Source: Enterobacteria phage GEC-3S. Taken from it: DNA of 64,000 nucleotides. The notes beneath the pieces are model-generated. The model saw only the letters and a program-made list of their open reading frames with translations, was not told where the DNA came from and did no database searches. The stretch lies in the sequence record HE978309; one strand, given 5' to 3'. Each line of letters opens with the position of its first letter. Position 1 is the stretch's first letter. The position numbers were made by a program, and so were the translations under genes. Positions 1 through 9,632 of the stretch are shown here, piece by piece.

Positions 1-2109
1 TTAAAATTTAACATTCTTAACCAGTTTCATAAAGTCTTGTGCGCGTTTGTCATTATGCAGAATACGATACCAGTTATCTACAATATCATACAGTAACGGG
101 CTATTCTCTTTAAACTTCGCACAAACTGCTTTAATTCGTTCGTTTGCTGCCGTGAATTTTTCGTCACAGATCTTTTTAGTTTCTTCGTCCATAATCCAAC
201 GAGTACGAAGGAGTAACTTGGAAACCTCTTTATTATAATGACGACCGTACAGTCTGTCAATAAATTCTGGAATACAGCGTTCTAATTCATCGTCATGAAA
301 CAACATAGTGATCACACCCAGATATTCGCCATACCCCAGATGATTGGTCTTAACCTTCTTAGCCAGACCAGCCAGCTTACCGCGAACAAATTCTAGCGCA
401 CATTCCAATTGTTCGTCAACGAGATATTTTTGTGTCTCGTTTCGAGTAATAATATACTTTGTTACCCCGAAGTAGTCAAGCGCCGTGTGTAATGTATTTT
501 CATTATAGATCGATTGACGGCTACGGCTTTCGAATGCATCACCTACGCGGAACATGTGCAAGCCTGATAACTCGCGAATCTCTGCCGCTTTCATGTGATG
601 GCTGGTTTTATGCCAACTGTCACCAATCTTTTCCATGATATACACGTTAGGCAGCTTGGGAGTAGCTTCACGTTGTGTACGCTCGGTCTTCTCCGGCTTA
701 ACTGCTTTAGCACGCAGATCATCGGCCTCGGACACTTTAATCACGGTCATTTCAGAATCATCATAATACTGTTTGATGTACTCGAAAGTCTCCATATGTT
801 TTTCGTTGTTCTGACGGAACACCAGTACCTTTTTATTGATGCCATATTCCTGGACCATGCCGTTAAGAGTCAGTGCACGCAGTTTCGGTTTATCGGTGTC
901 ATCAATAAGACACGTAATATCTTCTTTATGCATCCATACAAAATGCGTAATGTTGTATTGACTGCTAACGAAAGCAGGGCGCAATTTGCTGATTGTGTGT
1001 CGATGATGATACAGAGTATACACCTGTCCTTCTACGTCATTTGGCGAATCTTTACCCGCATTCACAAACTTATTATAGATTGCTACCGGGTCATCCCACT
1101 GCCCGATCTTACCCATCTTGCTAATAATATTGCGTTGCGTCGATGAATACTCGCTCATAAATTGCGCAAGTTTACGCTCTGTTTCAATGCTGGCGATCTT
1201 TTCTTTAACCTTTTCCAACATCATTTCATTGATTTCTGCAATGCGTTTTTCGATGTTCGCTTTAGTCTCAATTGACAAGTGAACTTCTTCACGCGATGGC
1301 ATCAGGTCCAGATCACCCAACTCAAAATTAATGTAAATGGTCTGGTGCTGTCGGTTTACAGCTTCTAACCATGTTCCGCGAACATATTCATACGGGATCG
1401 GATACTGGATCTTGCCCATGATTGCATATACCACATAGGAATCGTTATCACGTCCATTACACACATAATAATTATCAAAGCTAGGGAAATAATTAATTTC
1501 GATTGCGTTGATATTCGGTTTATGTTCCCCAAAATGACGCAGTACAAACTGTGCTTCTCGATGCCATGTCTGAATGTCTTTTTCTTTCACCGGAATAGTG
1601 ATTTTCAGACCATTGTCTTCATAGGTCGGTTCGTCGAAAATCTGCACCATTTTCGGCATAGAGTTTTGCACGAATGCGGTAAAGCCATAAGCGCGACCAT
1701 TGTAATAGTTTACGATTGTAAAGGTGTCGGTATAGCTATAAGCAGACTTCGCACCCAAACCAAAAGACCCGATATAGTCATTAGTCTGGTCTTTTGTTGA
1801 TTCAAAGTAAACCGTAAACAGTTGTTCTAATTCTTTCTTAGACGGAATACCAGTACCATAATCACGCACAGAAAAATACGGTTCGATTGCAGTCGGTAAA
1901 TGAATATCAAACGGACGATCTAAGGTTCCGGCTTCTTTGTGAGTGTCGGTAGCATTGCACGAATACTCACGGACGCAAGCACGCTCACAATATTGATAAG
2001 TGTTCTTAGAAAGCACCATAAAAGCCTTGCTACTTGCTTTCAGTGAAAAATCAACTGCACCGCTCAGGTCACTACCAAATACTTCTTCATTATCAATATG
2101 CATTTTCAT
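1..2109 (-). CDS. rIIA: rIIA protein (GHKL/Bergerat-fold ATPase-like)
   Basis: 702-aa ORF, ATG with SD GAGGA; N-terminal motifs RDYGTGIP and GSFGLGAKS; sits directly before gp39 as in T4. Confidence 0.8.
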   Translation of the reverse strand: MKMHIDNEEVFGSDLSGAVDFSLKASSKAFMVLSKNTYQYCERACVREYSCNATDTHKEAGTLDRPFDIHLPTAIEPYFSVRDYGTGIPSKKELEQLFTVYFESTKDQTNDYIGSFGLGAKSAYSYTDTFTIVNYYNGRAYGFTAFVQNSMPKMVQIFDEPTYEDNGLKITIPVKEKDIQTWHREAQFVLRHFGEHKPNINAIEINYFPSFDNYYVCNGRDNDSYVVYAIMGKIQYPIPYEYVRGTWLEAVNRQHQTIYINFELGDLDLMPSREEVHLSIETKANIEKRIAEINEMMLEKVKEKIASIETERKLAQFMSEYSSTQRNIISKMGKIGQWDDPVAIYNKFVNAGKDSPNDVEGQVYTLYHHRHTISKLRPAFVSSQYNITHFVWMHKEDITCLIDDTDKPKLRALTLNGMVQEYGINKKVLVFRQNNEKHMETFEYIKQYYDDSEMTVIKVSEADDLRAKAVKPEKTERTQREATPKLPNVYIMEKIGDSWHKTSHHMKAAEIRELSGLHMFRVGDAFESRSRQSIYNENTLHTALDYFGVTKYIITRNETQKYLVDEQLECALEFVRGKLAGLAKKVKTNHLGYGEYLGVITMLFHDDELERCIPEFIDRLYGRHYNKEVSKLLLRTRWIMDEETKKICDEKFTAANERIKAVCAKFKENSPLLYDIVDNWYRILHNDKRAQDFMKLVKNVKF

Positions 2110-2123
2110 AATATAATCCTCAC

Positions 2124-2381
2124 TTAATTAAAATCTTCTTTGTCCATCTCTGCGTAGATTACATCCCACGCCCATAAATCAATAAACGCATTATATGTCA
2201 CGGTGCAATCGTTGTCAATCACTTCTTTCGCATATTTCTTGATGTTTTCGTAGGAAACTTGCGGATCAATTTTGTGTTTACGAAGGTGCGCATATTCATA
2301 TCTCAGACATTTCATAAACAGGTCCATCGATTTCTTTTCTCGATGGTACTTGGCGAACATAAAATCAAAACTTCTATTCAT
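2124..2381 (-). CDS. hypothetical protein (85 aa)
   Basis: ATG preceded by AAGGAG; position of T4 rIIA.1-type small genes. Confidence 0.5.
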   Translation of the reverse strand: MNRSFDFMFAKYHREKKSMDLFMKCLRYEYAHLRKHKIDPQVSYENIKKYAKEVIDNDCTVTYNAFIDLWAWDVIYAEMDKEDFN

Positions 2382-2391
2382 TTTCTACTCC

Positions 2392-2586
2392 TTATACATT
2401 TTCAATCACCCATTGCAGATGGGCTTCTTCGGCAACCAGTTCAGCGCGGCTTTTCTCTAAGCACTTGCTGTATTCTTTACGTTCCCAATCAGCAATTTCG
2501 TTTTTCAGGGCTTCTTCATAGTAAGCAATTACGCCTTTCAGATCGGAAACTCTACGGCTTGCCAGTTCGATGTAATGGTTACGCAT
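2392..2586 (-). CDS. hypothetical protein (64 aa)
   Basis: ATG preceded by AGGAGAATCAAA leader. Confidence 0.5.
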   Translation of the reverse strand: MRNHYIELASRRVSDLKGVIAYYEEALKNEIADWERKEYSKCLEKSRAELVAEEAHLQWVIENV

Positions 2587-2773
2587 TTTGATTCTCCTTT
2601 GTTACTAGATAACGAATTTGGTCTTGCATTGCGATCAGTTCCCAGCGTGCTACTTTCATCATGGAAACTGACTCTTTGAACATAATATTAGCTTTTTCCT
2701 TATCCCCTGTCAAGTAGATTTCTGCAATTTTTTCACAAAATTTTTGAGTTTCTTCATTCTTAAACGGTTTCAT
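2579..2773 (-). CDS. hypothetical protein (64 aa)
   Basis: track start is TTG; first ATG at 2773 (MKPFKNEE...) lies downstream of promoter 2804-2832. Confidence 0.45.
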   Translation of the reverse strand: MKPFKNEETQKFCEKIAEIYLTGDKEKANIMFKESVSMMKVARWELIAMQDQIRYLVTKENQNA

Positions 2774-2803
2774 ATAAGTCAACCTTTTGTTTTCGATGGG
2801 GAT

Positions 2804-2832
2804 ATTATGATATATCCCCGATCCAGTGTCAA
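2804..2832 (-). promoter_or_regulatory. sigma70-type early promoter (TTGACA-N17-CATAAT), -10 inside GGGGATAT/ATATCCCC palindrome
   Basis: read on minus strand; followed by leader ATCGAAAAC...AAGG and ATG 2773. Confidence 0.5.
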
Positions 2833-3140
2833 CAACTTTTTAATCTTTTTTTCAGTGCATCCATTACTCGCTCTGCGATCAGTTCTCGTAAGCACTGATA
2901 ACCATGATATTTGATGGCAATGTCACGCAGATCATTAACCAGTTCCCGTACTTCATGGTCTTTTAGATCGTCTCTATATTTCGATTTAATCGTATCTTTA
3001 GGTGGATTTCGGATAACCTGAAAACCTTGTTCTGCAATCACTGCGGCTTCTCGCTGGCGTTCATGCTGTACTGTATTTTTGATCAGGTCTACTTCCATGA
3101 ACTTTGTCATACTCATCATCATGTTATTCTTTTTTCTCAT
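2829..3140 (-). CDS. hypothetical protein (103 aa)
   Basis: start moved to ATG 3140 (MRKKNN...) with SD GAGGA; the track extension runs through promoter 3175-3202. Confidence 0.5.
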   Translation of the reverse strand: MRKKNNMMMSMTKFMEVDLIKNTVQHERQREAAVIAEQGFQVIRNPPKDTIKSKYRDDLKDHEVRELVNDLRDIAIKYHGYQCLRELIAERVMDALKKRLKSC

Positions 3141-3174
3141 TATTAAATCCTCATAAAAGAAAAGGGAGACTCCC

Positions 3175-3202
3175 ATTATAGAGAATCTCCCTTGTATGTC
3201 AA
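3175..3202 (-). promoter_or_regulatory. early promoter (TTGACA-N16-TATAAT) with flanking GGGAGA/TCTCCC palindrome
   Basis: -35 overlaps last codons of gp39. Confidence 0.5.
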
Positions 3203-3205
3203 GTG

Positions 3206-5029
3206 TTATGATTGCATCCAAATTTTGCGTTGATCTGCATCTTCGCTATAGAGCAAATCGAATAGCTCTTTATAGTTTTCCGGCAACGTGATGATCTCCA
3301 TTACAGGATCGTTGATCACGCGATGATAATCTGATTCTGTAAGAGATGCTAACCCTTTGATATATCTAATGCTATAACCTTTGATATTATCTCGGTCGTT
3401 CTCAAAATCTTCTAGGTCATAATACCATCGAACATCATCACCTTTCTTTGGTTCCGCAATGATAATAGGTGTTTTGACAAACCTGATTCGACCATCTTCG
3501 AACAATTCAGGCCAACGTGCAAAGAAAGAGATCAGACTAGGTTTAATAGACCCGATCCCGTCAGTATCAGCGTCTGTCATAATCGCAATATTTTTGTATT
3601 GCATAACTTCAAGTGCATCAACACCAAATTGCAAGCCAGTGATCGCCATGATGTTAAAAATTTCGGCGTTCTTAACGATCTTTGCCTCCGGTTGTTCCCA
3701 CGTTGTAAGAGTTTTACCTCGCAACGGGAAACCGCCATGTAAATCTTGATCACGTACAGAGATCAGATAGTTGATTGCGGAATCACCTTCCGTCAAAAAC
3801 AGGGTAGTTTCTGCGTCAGTTCCAATAAGGTTAGCTTTAACGTGTTTTGCTACCTTAGCCCGTTTCGCTGCCTTTGCTGCCTTAGTCGCTGCCGCTTTAT
3901 CTGCTGCCTCTTTGCGTGCCAGGACTACAGCAATAATAGGCATGATAATGTTTTCTTTCTTCGCAATGACTTTAGCCAGTTTTTTAAAGTCTAGATCAAT
4001 GTGTCGCTTGATATCACCAGTTGGATTAGTCAAGCGTTCTTTTGTCTGTGAATCAAAACGAAGGTTAGGCAATTCACGAACAATCAAAATACAGGTCAGT
4101 CCAGACTTAACCGCAGCTTTAGTAACATCAACCTTATATTCTTTCTTGATTCGTTTTACAATCTCTTCACAAAGATCATCTGTCACGTAGTCTACGTGTG
4201 TTCCCCCGTTTTTGGTAAACAGACCATTAGCAAAGGATACTGATTTAAAACCTTCTCCCTCGACCGCAGGAACTAGGGCAAGTGAAAAGTTTTTATCTTC
4301 AATGACAAACGGATCATCATTGTATAGTTTAGCATAATCCTTGAACTTACTAACAATACGTTTACCATTAAACTTAAACGTGATCTTAGGAAAGATTACG
4401 CTCAATGATTGCAGACGGTCATGAACAATATCTAAAACAGAGTTGTCCATCATATAACCTTCGAAGTGGTCGAAGTCTGGGCAAAATGTAACCTTTGTTC
4501 CCTTCAATTTTGATGGTTTCGATGACCATGTGATATTTTCAGCACCATTTGTGCATTGTACGGTCATTTCTGTTTCGCCGTCACAAGTTACACCAGTAAA
4601 CCAATCGCTAAAGAAATTTGACAACGACGACCCCACACCGTTCATACCTTGCGTTAATCGATTTGTATCATCAAAGTTAGACCCTGCTTTTGTTCGTGTC
4701 CATGCGGCTACAGGTTGCGGAATCTGCGTGCCCTCTGGGGTAGTAACCATATGTTGAGGAATACCGCGACCATTGTCTGTTACCGTAACAATATTGTTTT
4801 GGATATCGACGCTAATCACATTGGCAAATTCAAAATTAGTGCGGATCGCCTCGTCTACAGAGTTGTCGATGATCTCATCAATGATTTTAACCAGTCCAGG
4901 AACATATGAAATTTTTGTCCATTTACCGAACAGGAAACGTTGATGTTCTTCGTAAGTTGTTGATCCTATATACATTCCTGCACGCTTAAGGACATGTTCA
5001 CGATCAGATAAAATGCGAAACTCACTCAT
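3206..5029 (-). CDS. 39: DNA topoisomerase II large (ATPase) subunit, unsplit gp39
   Basis: 607 aa; GyrB-type N-terminus LSDREHVLKRAGMYIGS and DNGRGIP; ATG with SD GAGG; no gene-60-type split visible. Confidence 0.9.
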   Translation of the reverse strand: MSEFRILSDREHVLKRAGMYIGSTTYEEHQRFLFGKWTKISYVPGLVKIIDEIIDNSVDEAIRTNFEFANVISVDIQNNIVTVTDNGRGIPQHMVTTPEGTQIPQPVAAWTRTKAGSNFDDTNRLTQGMNGVGSSLSNFFSDWFTGVTCDGETEMTVQCTNGAENITWSSKPSKLKGTKVTFCPDFDHFEGYMMDNSVLDIVHDRLQSLSVIFPKITFKFNGKRIVSKFKDYAKLYNDDPFVIEDKNFSLALVPAVEGEGFKSVSFANGLFTKNGGTHVDYVTDDLCEEIVKRIKKEYKVDVTKAAVKSGLTCILIVRELPNLRFDSQTKERLTNPTGDIKRHIDLDFKKLAKVIAKKENIIMPIIAVVLARKEAADKAAATKAAKAAKRAKVAKHVKANLIGTDAETTLFLTEGDSAINYLISVRDQDLHGGFPLRGKTLTTWEQPEAKIVKNAEIFNIMAITGLQFGVDALEVMQYKNIAIMTDADTDGIGSIKPSLISFFARWPELFEDGRIRFVKTPIIIAEPKKGDDVRWYYDLEDFENDRDNIKGYSIRYIKGLASLTESDYHRVINDPVMEIITLPENYKELFDLLYSEDADQRKIWMQS

Positions 5030-5132
5030 TATTAAACCTCTTCATAACATAACCATAACTTACTGCAACCGCCACAAAGACGGCTGCAACAATCATATTA
5101 AAAATTGAGTGATTGTCAAGTATATGACTCAT
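5022..5132 (-). CDS. possible small hydrophobic peptide (36 aa)
   Basis: hand-read ORF MSHILDNHSIFNMIVAAVFVAVAVSYGYVMKRFNNE; ATGA-coupled to upstream stop; no clear SD; not in ORF track. Confidence 0.25.
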   Translation of the reverse strand: MSHILDNHSIFNMIVAAVFVAVAVSYGYVMKRFNNE

Positions 5133-5302
5133 GACACGCGCACATTTTTATCGTAATACCCGCCATTAATCCCGCGCGGGGCAGTTAATCCCTGTTTGCA
5201 TTCTTTACCACATTCAGGACATTCTGCCTTTTCACGCTCGGAAATTTTGCGGATTTTCTGAAATTGACCGTGTTCTTCACAAGAATAATCATATAATGGC
5301 AT
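5129..5302 (-). CDS. zinc-ribbon protein (57 aa)
   Basis: ATG 5302 with SD AAGGGG; CEEHG...CPECG cysteine pairs; track version is an N-terminal extension. Confidence 0.5.
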   Translation of the reverse strand: MPLYDYSCEEHGQFQKIRKISEREKAECPECGKECKQGLTAPRGINGGYYDKNVRVS

Positions 5303-5303
5303 A

Positions 5304-5972
5304 TTATCCCCTTTGTTTCTTAACTGAATTTGGATCTGGATTTTCTGGCAAGTCTTCCAGACCCATAGCATAACGTTGTGCATAGATTAGCATAAGAATA
5401 TCGCGAGCGCAATCATGAATTGCATCATGCGCGATAAATCCGTCTAGCGTACCCATTGGTAACGGGCATTCACACATACCACGATGCATCAATGTACGCT
5501 CAATGGCGGTGCGAACGTCTCGGATGTTCCAGAATCGCACAGGTTCAAGATTGAACGTCTCACGGGTATTGTGTGCGCGGCGGATCATATCAACTAGTAA
5601 CGGAATATCAAACGCATTACCGCGTGACCACATTACTGATTTAACCGGATCTACTCCTACGGATTCACAGAATGCGTTAAAACGCGCTAAACCTTCTTTA
5701 GTTGATACTTCCGTACCATTTGTGATTAATTGCTTTCTCATGCCTTCTGAGGCGGTATTCTTCCACCATTCAACCACACCATGATCAAACACCCTTACAC
5801 CTTTCTGGGAAGGAATATCAAATTTTACCAGAAAGGAATTGTCAACCAGTTCTTTAAATGTAGGTGGGTTGTGCGGATCTTCTTTAAATCCGATTGCCGC
5901 CATATTGATAACCGCCCCATCAGGCGGATAACCTAAACTTTCAAAGTCAATCATTAAATCCACTGGAAGCAT
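5304..5972 (-). CDS. dexA: exonuclease A (DEDDh 3'-5' exonuclease)
   Basis: 222 aa from ATG 5972 with SD GGAGGA; Exo I motif IDFES and Exo III motif HDAIHD; between gp39 and dda as in T4. Confidence 0.8.
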   Translation of the reverse strand: MLPVDLMIDFESLGYPPDGAVINMAAIGFKEDPHNPPTFKELVDNSFLVKFDIPSQKGVRVFDHGVVEWWKNTASEGMRKQLITNGTEVSTKEGLARFNAFCESVGVDPVKSVMWSRGNAFDIPLLVDMIRRAHNTRETFNLEPVRFWNIRDVRTAIERTLMHRGMCECPLPMGTLDGFIAHDAIHDCARDILMLIYAQRYAMGLEDLPENPDPNSVKKQRG

Positions 5973-5973
5973 T

Positions 5974-6216
5974 TTAAATATCCTCCGCGATATGTCGGAA
6001 CAACTCCAGATCGTTTTTATCCAGAATGAAACCGCTACAATCAATAATCCCGTTACCGTAATTATCGGTTAACAGTCGTTCCGTTGCCATGTATGCGCGT
6101 ACTTTGTTGTTAAAATTCATTACATGTTGTGCATAGTCACAATGAATCTTTTGACGCTTCCACGCGACAATTGATTGTAGATGTATTACATTAGCAATAT
6201 TATTAATAACAACCAT
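5974..6216 (-). CDS. hypothetical protein (80 aa)
   Basis: ATG 6216 (MVVINN...) with SD GAGG; stop abuts dexA start. Confidence 0.5.
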   Translation of the reverse strand: MVVINNIANVIHLQSIVAWKRQKIHCDYAQHVMNFNNKVRAYMATERLLTDNYGNGIIDCSGFILDKNDLELFRHIAEDI

Positions 6217-6217
6217 A

Positions 6218-6394
6218 TCAAAAACCTCGCTTAGTGAAATGTTCTGGCATTTTATTGATACATACAGCTTGGTAGTCACGAGATTTTTTTGACGAATTAA
6301 GAGCTACGGCCAAAAAATCCTGTAACTGTTCGTTTGTCATTTTTGGCTTACACCGCGTATCTAAACTCTTCGTTCTTCTAGCTTCATTAGCCAT
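6218..6394 (-). CDS. hypothetical small protein (58 aa), tandem paralog
   Basis: hand-read; C-terminus AVCINKMPEHFTKRGF; stop-T-ATG junction with next gene. Confidence 0.4.
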   Translation of the reverse strand: MANEARRTKSLDTRCKPKMTNEQLQDFLAVALNSSKKSRDYQAVCINKMPEHFTKRGF

Positions 6395-6395
6395 A

Positions 6396-6563
6396 TCAAA
6401 AACCTCGCTTAGTGAAATGCTCGATCATTTTATTGATACATGCAGCTTCACTATCGCCGGACACGTTCCAGCCGTATAGACCCCATCTAAAGCACATGGT
6501 AACAGTTCCATTGTGACGGCTTACCGTCACATCATTAAATTCTGGGATACTTCGCATAATCAT
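6396..6563 (-). CDS. hypothetical small protein (55 aa), tandem paralog
   Basis: hand-read; SD GAGGAA; C-terminus AACINKMIEHFTKRGF nearly identical to the neighbour. Confidence 0.4.
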   Translation of the reverse strand: MIMRSIPEFNDVTVSRHNGTVTMCFRWGLYGWNVSGDSEAACINKMIEHFTKRGF

Positions 6564-6573
6564 AATAATTTCC

Positions 6574-7965
6574 TCAAATATAGTCTACTCGATACCGCGC
6601 ACGGGTAACACCAACATATAATAACTGCATTGCCAATTCAAAGTCAACATTATCTGTACACATGCAAGGAGTATACAGGAACACGCGGTCTACGCTGATC
6701 CCTTGTGACTTATGAATAGTGCAAGCTGGTAATGCTTTTACATTCAAGAACATACGTTTCATAGTCCAGAAAGAGTCCCAATCTGGTTTAAATTTTGGAT
6801 TCTCTTTCTTCATTTCGCGATATTGTCCGGCGACCGTATTCAGATAGATAGAGAAAATGTTCTTCTGACGTTGTTCTGTCAGAATGTTGATTTCTACTAA
6901 ATCTGGTTTATCTGTAGTGATTCCGACTGCATCTAAACCGACTTTCTGATTTAGGATTTCTTTGTCTTCGTCATCATCGACGCTTTCCACTTTCAGAGTA
7001 TAGCCTAAAACTGGTTGCGGATCTACCCCCGTGCAACGTAATGTAAATTCACGCGGGATGACCTCTTTAACTCGGATCATCTCACCATTGTTAAAAATAA
7101 CATTGGGAATCTTCTTCCCGCGTTCATCTCGCATATATTCGATCAACGGTTCCTGAGTAACCAGAATTTCATCTACAATCACTGGTTCATCGGTGTTATA
7201 AACGCGCTTGCGCACAATTTCATTGAGTTTTTCGACGCTCTTGTTAGTGTAAGCCAGAATACGGTTTTCTAGAAGGTCTTCCGGCGTTTTAACGGTTTCG
7301 AAATAATGTTTCATAAACTCCGGCAGAGTTGAGCTATGGAATACACCCTCGTTACCGCACTGCTTTTCGAATACCCATTTACCGTTACGGACAGCGGTCG
7401 CCACATCAATGATCGGTGCATTAGATCGTTTAATTTCTGTCAACTCCACGTTTTGAAAATTTTCATCCGTGAAGAAAGGAGAAATTGACGTTGCACCGCT
7501 CGGATCAACTGGTCGTAACTGGTGCGGATCGCCAACTGCAATAACAACAATTCGACCGTTGATACTCTTCATGAGAATATCAAATAACTTCTTATCGACC
7601 ATACTCGCTTCATCAACAATGATGATCTGAACATCATCTAGCTTAGGAGTATCTTTTTGTTCAAATACTTGAGTATCTTCATAGTTGGTCGGGTTTAGTC
7701 GCAGTAGTGCATGTAAAGTAAATGCTTGACGACCTACCGCTTTACTCAAAACTTTTTTAGCCTGGTGGGTAGGCGTTGCCAAAACCACACCAGTTACACC
7801 ACGGCGGACCATTTCCTGAACAATGAATTTCATCATTGCGGTTTTACCAGTACCCGCCGCACCCCGGACAGTTGTATGCTTCTTTTGTTCAATGCGTTTC
7901 ATTAGAACATCAAAAGCATGTTTTTGCCCGTCTGTTAACATATCGAAAGTTAATACTCTGCTCAT
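6574..7965 (-). CDS. dda: Dda DNA helicase (SF1)
   Basis: 463 aa; Walker A GAAGTGKT, Walker B IIVDEASM; T4 synteny. Confidence 0.85.
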   Translation of the reverse strand: MSRVLTFDMLTDGQKHAFDVLMKRIEQKKHTTVRGAAGTGKTAMMKFIVQEMVRRGVTGVVLATPTHQAKKVLSKAVGRQAFTLHALLRLNPTNYEDTQVFEQKDTPKLDDVQIIIVDEASMVDKKLFDILMKSINGRIVVIAVGDPHQLRPVDPSGATSISPFFTDENFQNVELTEIKRSNAPIIDVATAVRNGKWVFEKQCGNEGVFHSSTLPEFMKHYFETVKTPEDLLENRILAYTNKSVEKLNEIVRKRVYNTDEPVIVDEILVTQEPLIEYMRDERGKKIPNVIFNNGEMIRVKEVIPREFTLRCTGVDPQPVLGYTLKVESVDDDEDKEILNQKVGLDAVGITTDKPDLVEINILTEQRQKNIFSIYLNTVAGQYREMKKENPKFKPDWDSFWTMKRMFLNVKALPACTIHKSQGISVDRVFLYTPCMCTDNVDFELAMQLLYVGVTRARYRVDYI

Positions 7966-8279
7966 TATCCTAAAATCCTCACCTTGCGAACACAGATAGT
8001 ATTGAGTTCTCGCCGTACCCGTTCTTTCTCATATTCAGGAATTTTGTATTCTATACCATCCCGAACAATTTCAGAAGACCGGATTATACCAAATTTTCTT
8101 TTAGGCACAACCTTGTATTTCGGTTCACCTGCCAATAGACTCTCACAATAATCTATCTGATCACACATTGACGCTAACGCAGCATCATGGGTTTCGCAAG
8201 TTAGGACGCGACCTTTCGCGTCCACTGAGTATTGAAAGAATCCGTCTTTATCACGATAACATACAGCAAATACATGCAT
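7965..8279 (-). CDS. hypothetical protein (104 aa)
   Basis: ATG; TAATG overlap with dda start. Confidence 0.5.
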   Translation of the reverse strand: MHVFAVCYRDKDGFFQYSVDAKGRVLTCETHDAALASMCDQIDYCESLLAGEPKYKVVPKRKFGIIRSSEIVRDGIEYKIPEYEKERVRRELNTICVRKVRILG

Positions 8280-9034
8280 TATAAACCTACCTTAGCTTTC
8301 ATCAATTCAATCCACGACGCATCAATCGGAAGCCCGTATTTCACGCGTTCTTTTTGTGCTGGCGTTAAGTTCTCATACTTAGAAAGAGATTCAATCAAAA
8401 CGCTGGTATATTTTAGCACGATTTCGGCATTGTTTGCAATAGCCTTAAGTTTTTCTTCTTTCTTGTTGATTTCGCTAAGTGCTTGCTTGAGATCTGCAAT
8501 TTTCTGATAACGTTCTTCCATACGGAAGAGAGTATTTTTAATCGCTCGCTCTGCTGCCTCTGCTTTCTCTGGTTCGTTGTGCTTTTTGTGGCGCTCGATT
8601 GCTAATTTCTTTTCTTCGATTGCCATTTCCTGATTTTTGATGCGATTCTCGTTAAGTTCGATCCACTCGATGTACTTCGCACGTAGGGCAATTTCATCAT
8701 CAGAAAGTTTACCGTTAGTTCCTAGTTCCTGGATCTCTTTAAGAGATTCGATAGTGTGATTGCCACGGAAAGAATTATATTTCAGTTTAACCGGAATTAC
8801 ATTGCCATCAACATATCCCAGATTGCAATCAATGCGCTCTAATGAGAGTCCGTCATCACCTTCACCGAAAGCCTCACCTGAATAGGCGCAATGAGTCTGA
8901 CGGTAAATGTTACGCACAGTGACTAAGCTCATAGAGAAGTCTTTGTTGCGACGTGAAGCGCCAGCCATGATAGAGTTCAGACGGAAAACAACCAGCGCCA
9001 ATTCTTCGTTAGATTTAAAAGCAAACAGTTTCAT
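8279..9034 (-). CDS. hypothetical protein with C-terminal coiled coil (T4 srd position)
   Basis: 251 aa; ATG with SD AAGGAGA; identity as Srd is positional only. Confidence 0.5.
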   Translation of the reverse strand: MKLFAFKSNEELALVVFRLNSIMAGASRRNKDFSMSLVTVRNIYRQTHCAYSGEAFGEGDDGLSLERIDCNLGYVDGNVIPVKLKYNSFRGNHTIESLKEIQELGTNGKLSDDEIALRAKYIEWIELNENRIKNQEMAIEEKKLAIERHKKHNEPEKAEAAERAIKNTLFRMEERYQKIADLKQALSEINKKEEKLKAIANNAEIVLKYTSVLIESLSKYENLTPAQKERVKYGLPIDASWIELMKAKVGL

Positions 9035-9063
9035 AATTGATTCTCCTTAGTTGGTATGTGTTT

Positions 9064-9092
9064 ATTATTGTCTATCTGGTTTGTGCTGTCAA
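9064..9092 (-). promoter_or_regulatory. early promoter (TTGACA-N17-AATAAT)
   Basis: upstream of ORF 8279-9034 with conserved leader ...AAGGAGAATCAATTATG. Confidence 0.45.
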
Positions 9093-9095
9093 CAC

Positions 9096-9599
9096 TTAAA
9101 TTAAAGAAAATTTGTAAATCTCTATCAGATCGCCGTTACACGCGTAAACTTCCTCGATCTCATCAAGGATCATGGTCGTCCCTGTCTTGTATATGCACTC
9201 TCGCTCATCTGCCAACATAGCATACAAAGACAGTCGAGTAGTCGGATTGTCATACTCTTTAGACACCACTCGGTCAATAGCATGTTCGTAATAATTCATG
9301 CAAGGCTTGGTAGGTTTTATTGCAATAATCTTTCCTGTTGCATAAACATCGGTTGCAAAGTCCTCTGCTGTTGATTGCAGTGGCGTAAAGCTCATAGGAC
9401 GCTCTACAACGAAAGAATCACCTACAATTAAGGTATCCAGCTTACGGCCTTCTCTTTTGCTCACACCGCGATACAAGGCTTCATGATGCACTAATCGCTC
9501 AGTCTTTTCAATCAATCCATTAAGGATCGACATATCGATATTTTCTTTAGAGTTCATCACTTCATCAATGATGTTAAGTTCTTCTGGTGTAAATTGCAT
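9096..9599 (-). CDS. ADP-ribosyltransferase-like protein (ModA/ModB-like)
   Basis: 167 aa; R-S-E type motifs (YRG, QSTAED, DERE); lies between srd-position gene and gp56 as modA/modB do in T4. Confidence 0.45.
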   Translation of the reverse strand: MQFTPEELNIIDEVMNSKENIDMSILNGLIEKTERLVHHEALYRGVSKREGRKLDTLIVGDSFVVERPMSFTPLQSTAEDFATDVYATGKIIAIKPTKPCMNYYEHAIDRVVSKEYDNPTTRLSLYAMLADERECIYKTGTTMILDEIEEVYACNGDLIEIYKFSLI

Positions 9600-9608
9600 A
9601 ATAAAAAA

Positions 9609-9632
9609 GCCTCCAATCTTTCGACGGGAGGC
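9609..9632 (-). terminator. intrinsic terminator hairpin GCCUCC-N12-GGAGGC + U6 that contains the SD of the downstream gene
   Basis: stem then TTTTTTATT running straight into ATG 9599. Confidence 0.5.

Noticed and set aside
595-1146. Plus-strand ORF of 183 aa (and similar plus-strand ORFs throughout, e.g. 1522-1800, 3771-4190, 10311-10577, 23117-23389, 33538-33954, 35862-36185, 45748-46029)
   Set aside because: Each lies fully inside a well-supported minus-strand gene, has no SD or promoter context and a low-complexity translation; treated as antisense artefacts.
8279-9034. Naming this gene srd, 21432-21809 rpbA, 14267-14584 gene 40, 62522-63112 gene 3, 63587-63991 gene 2
   Set aside because: Assignments would rest on position alone; I could not recall enough sequence to support them, so they are left as hypothetical with the positional note.
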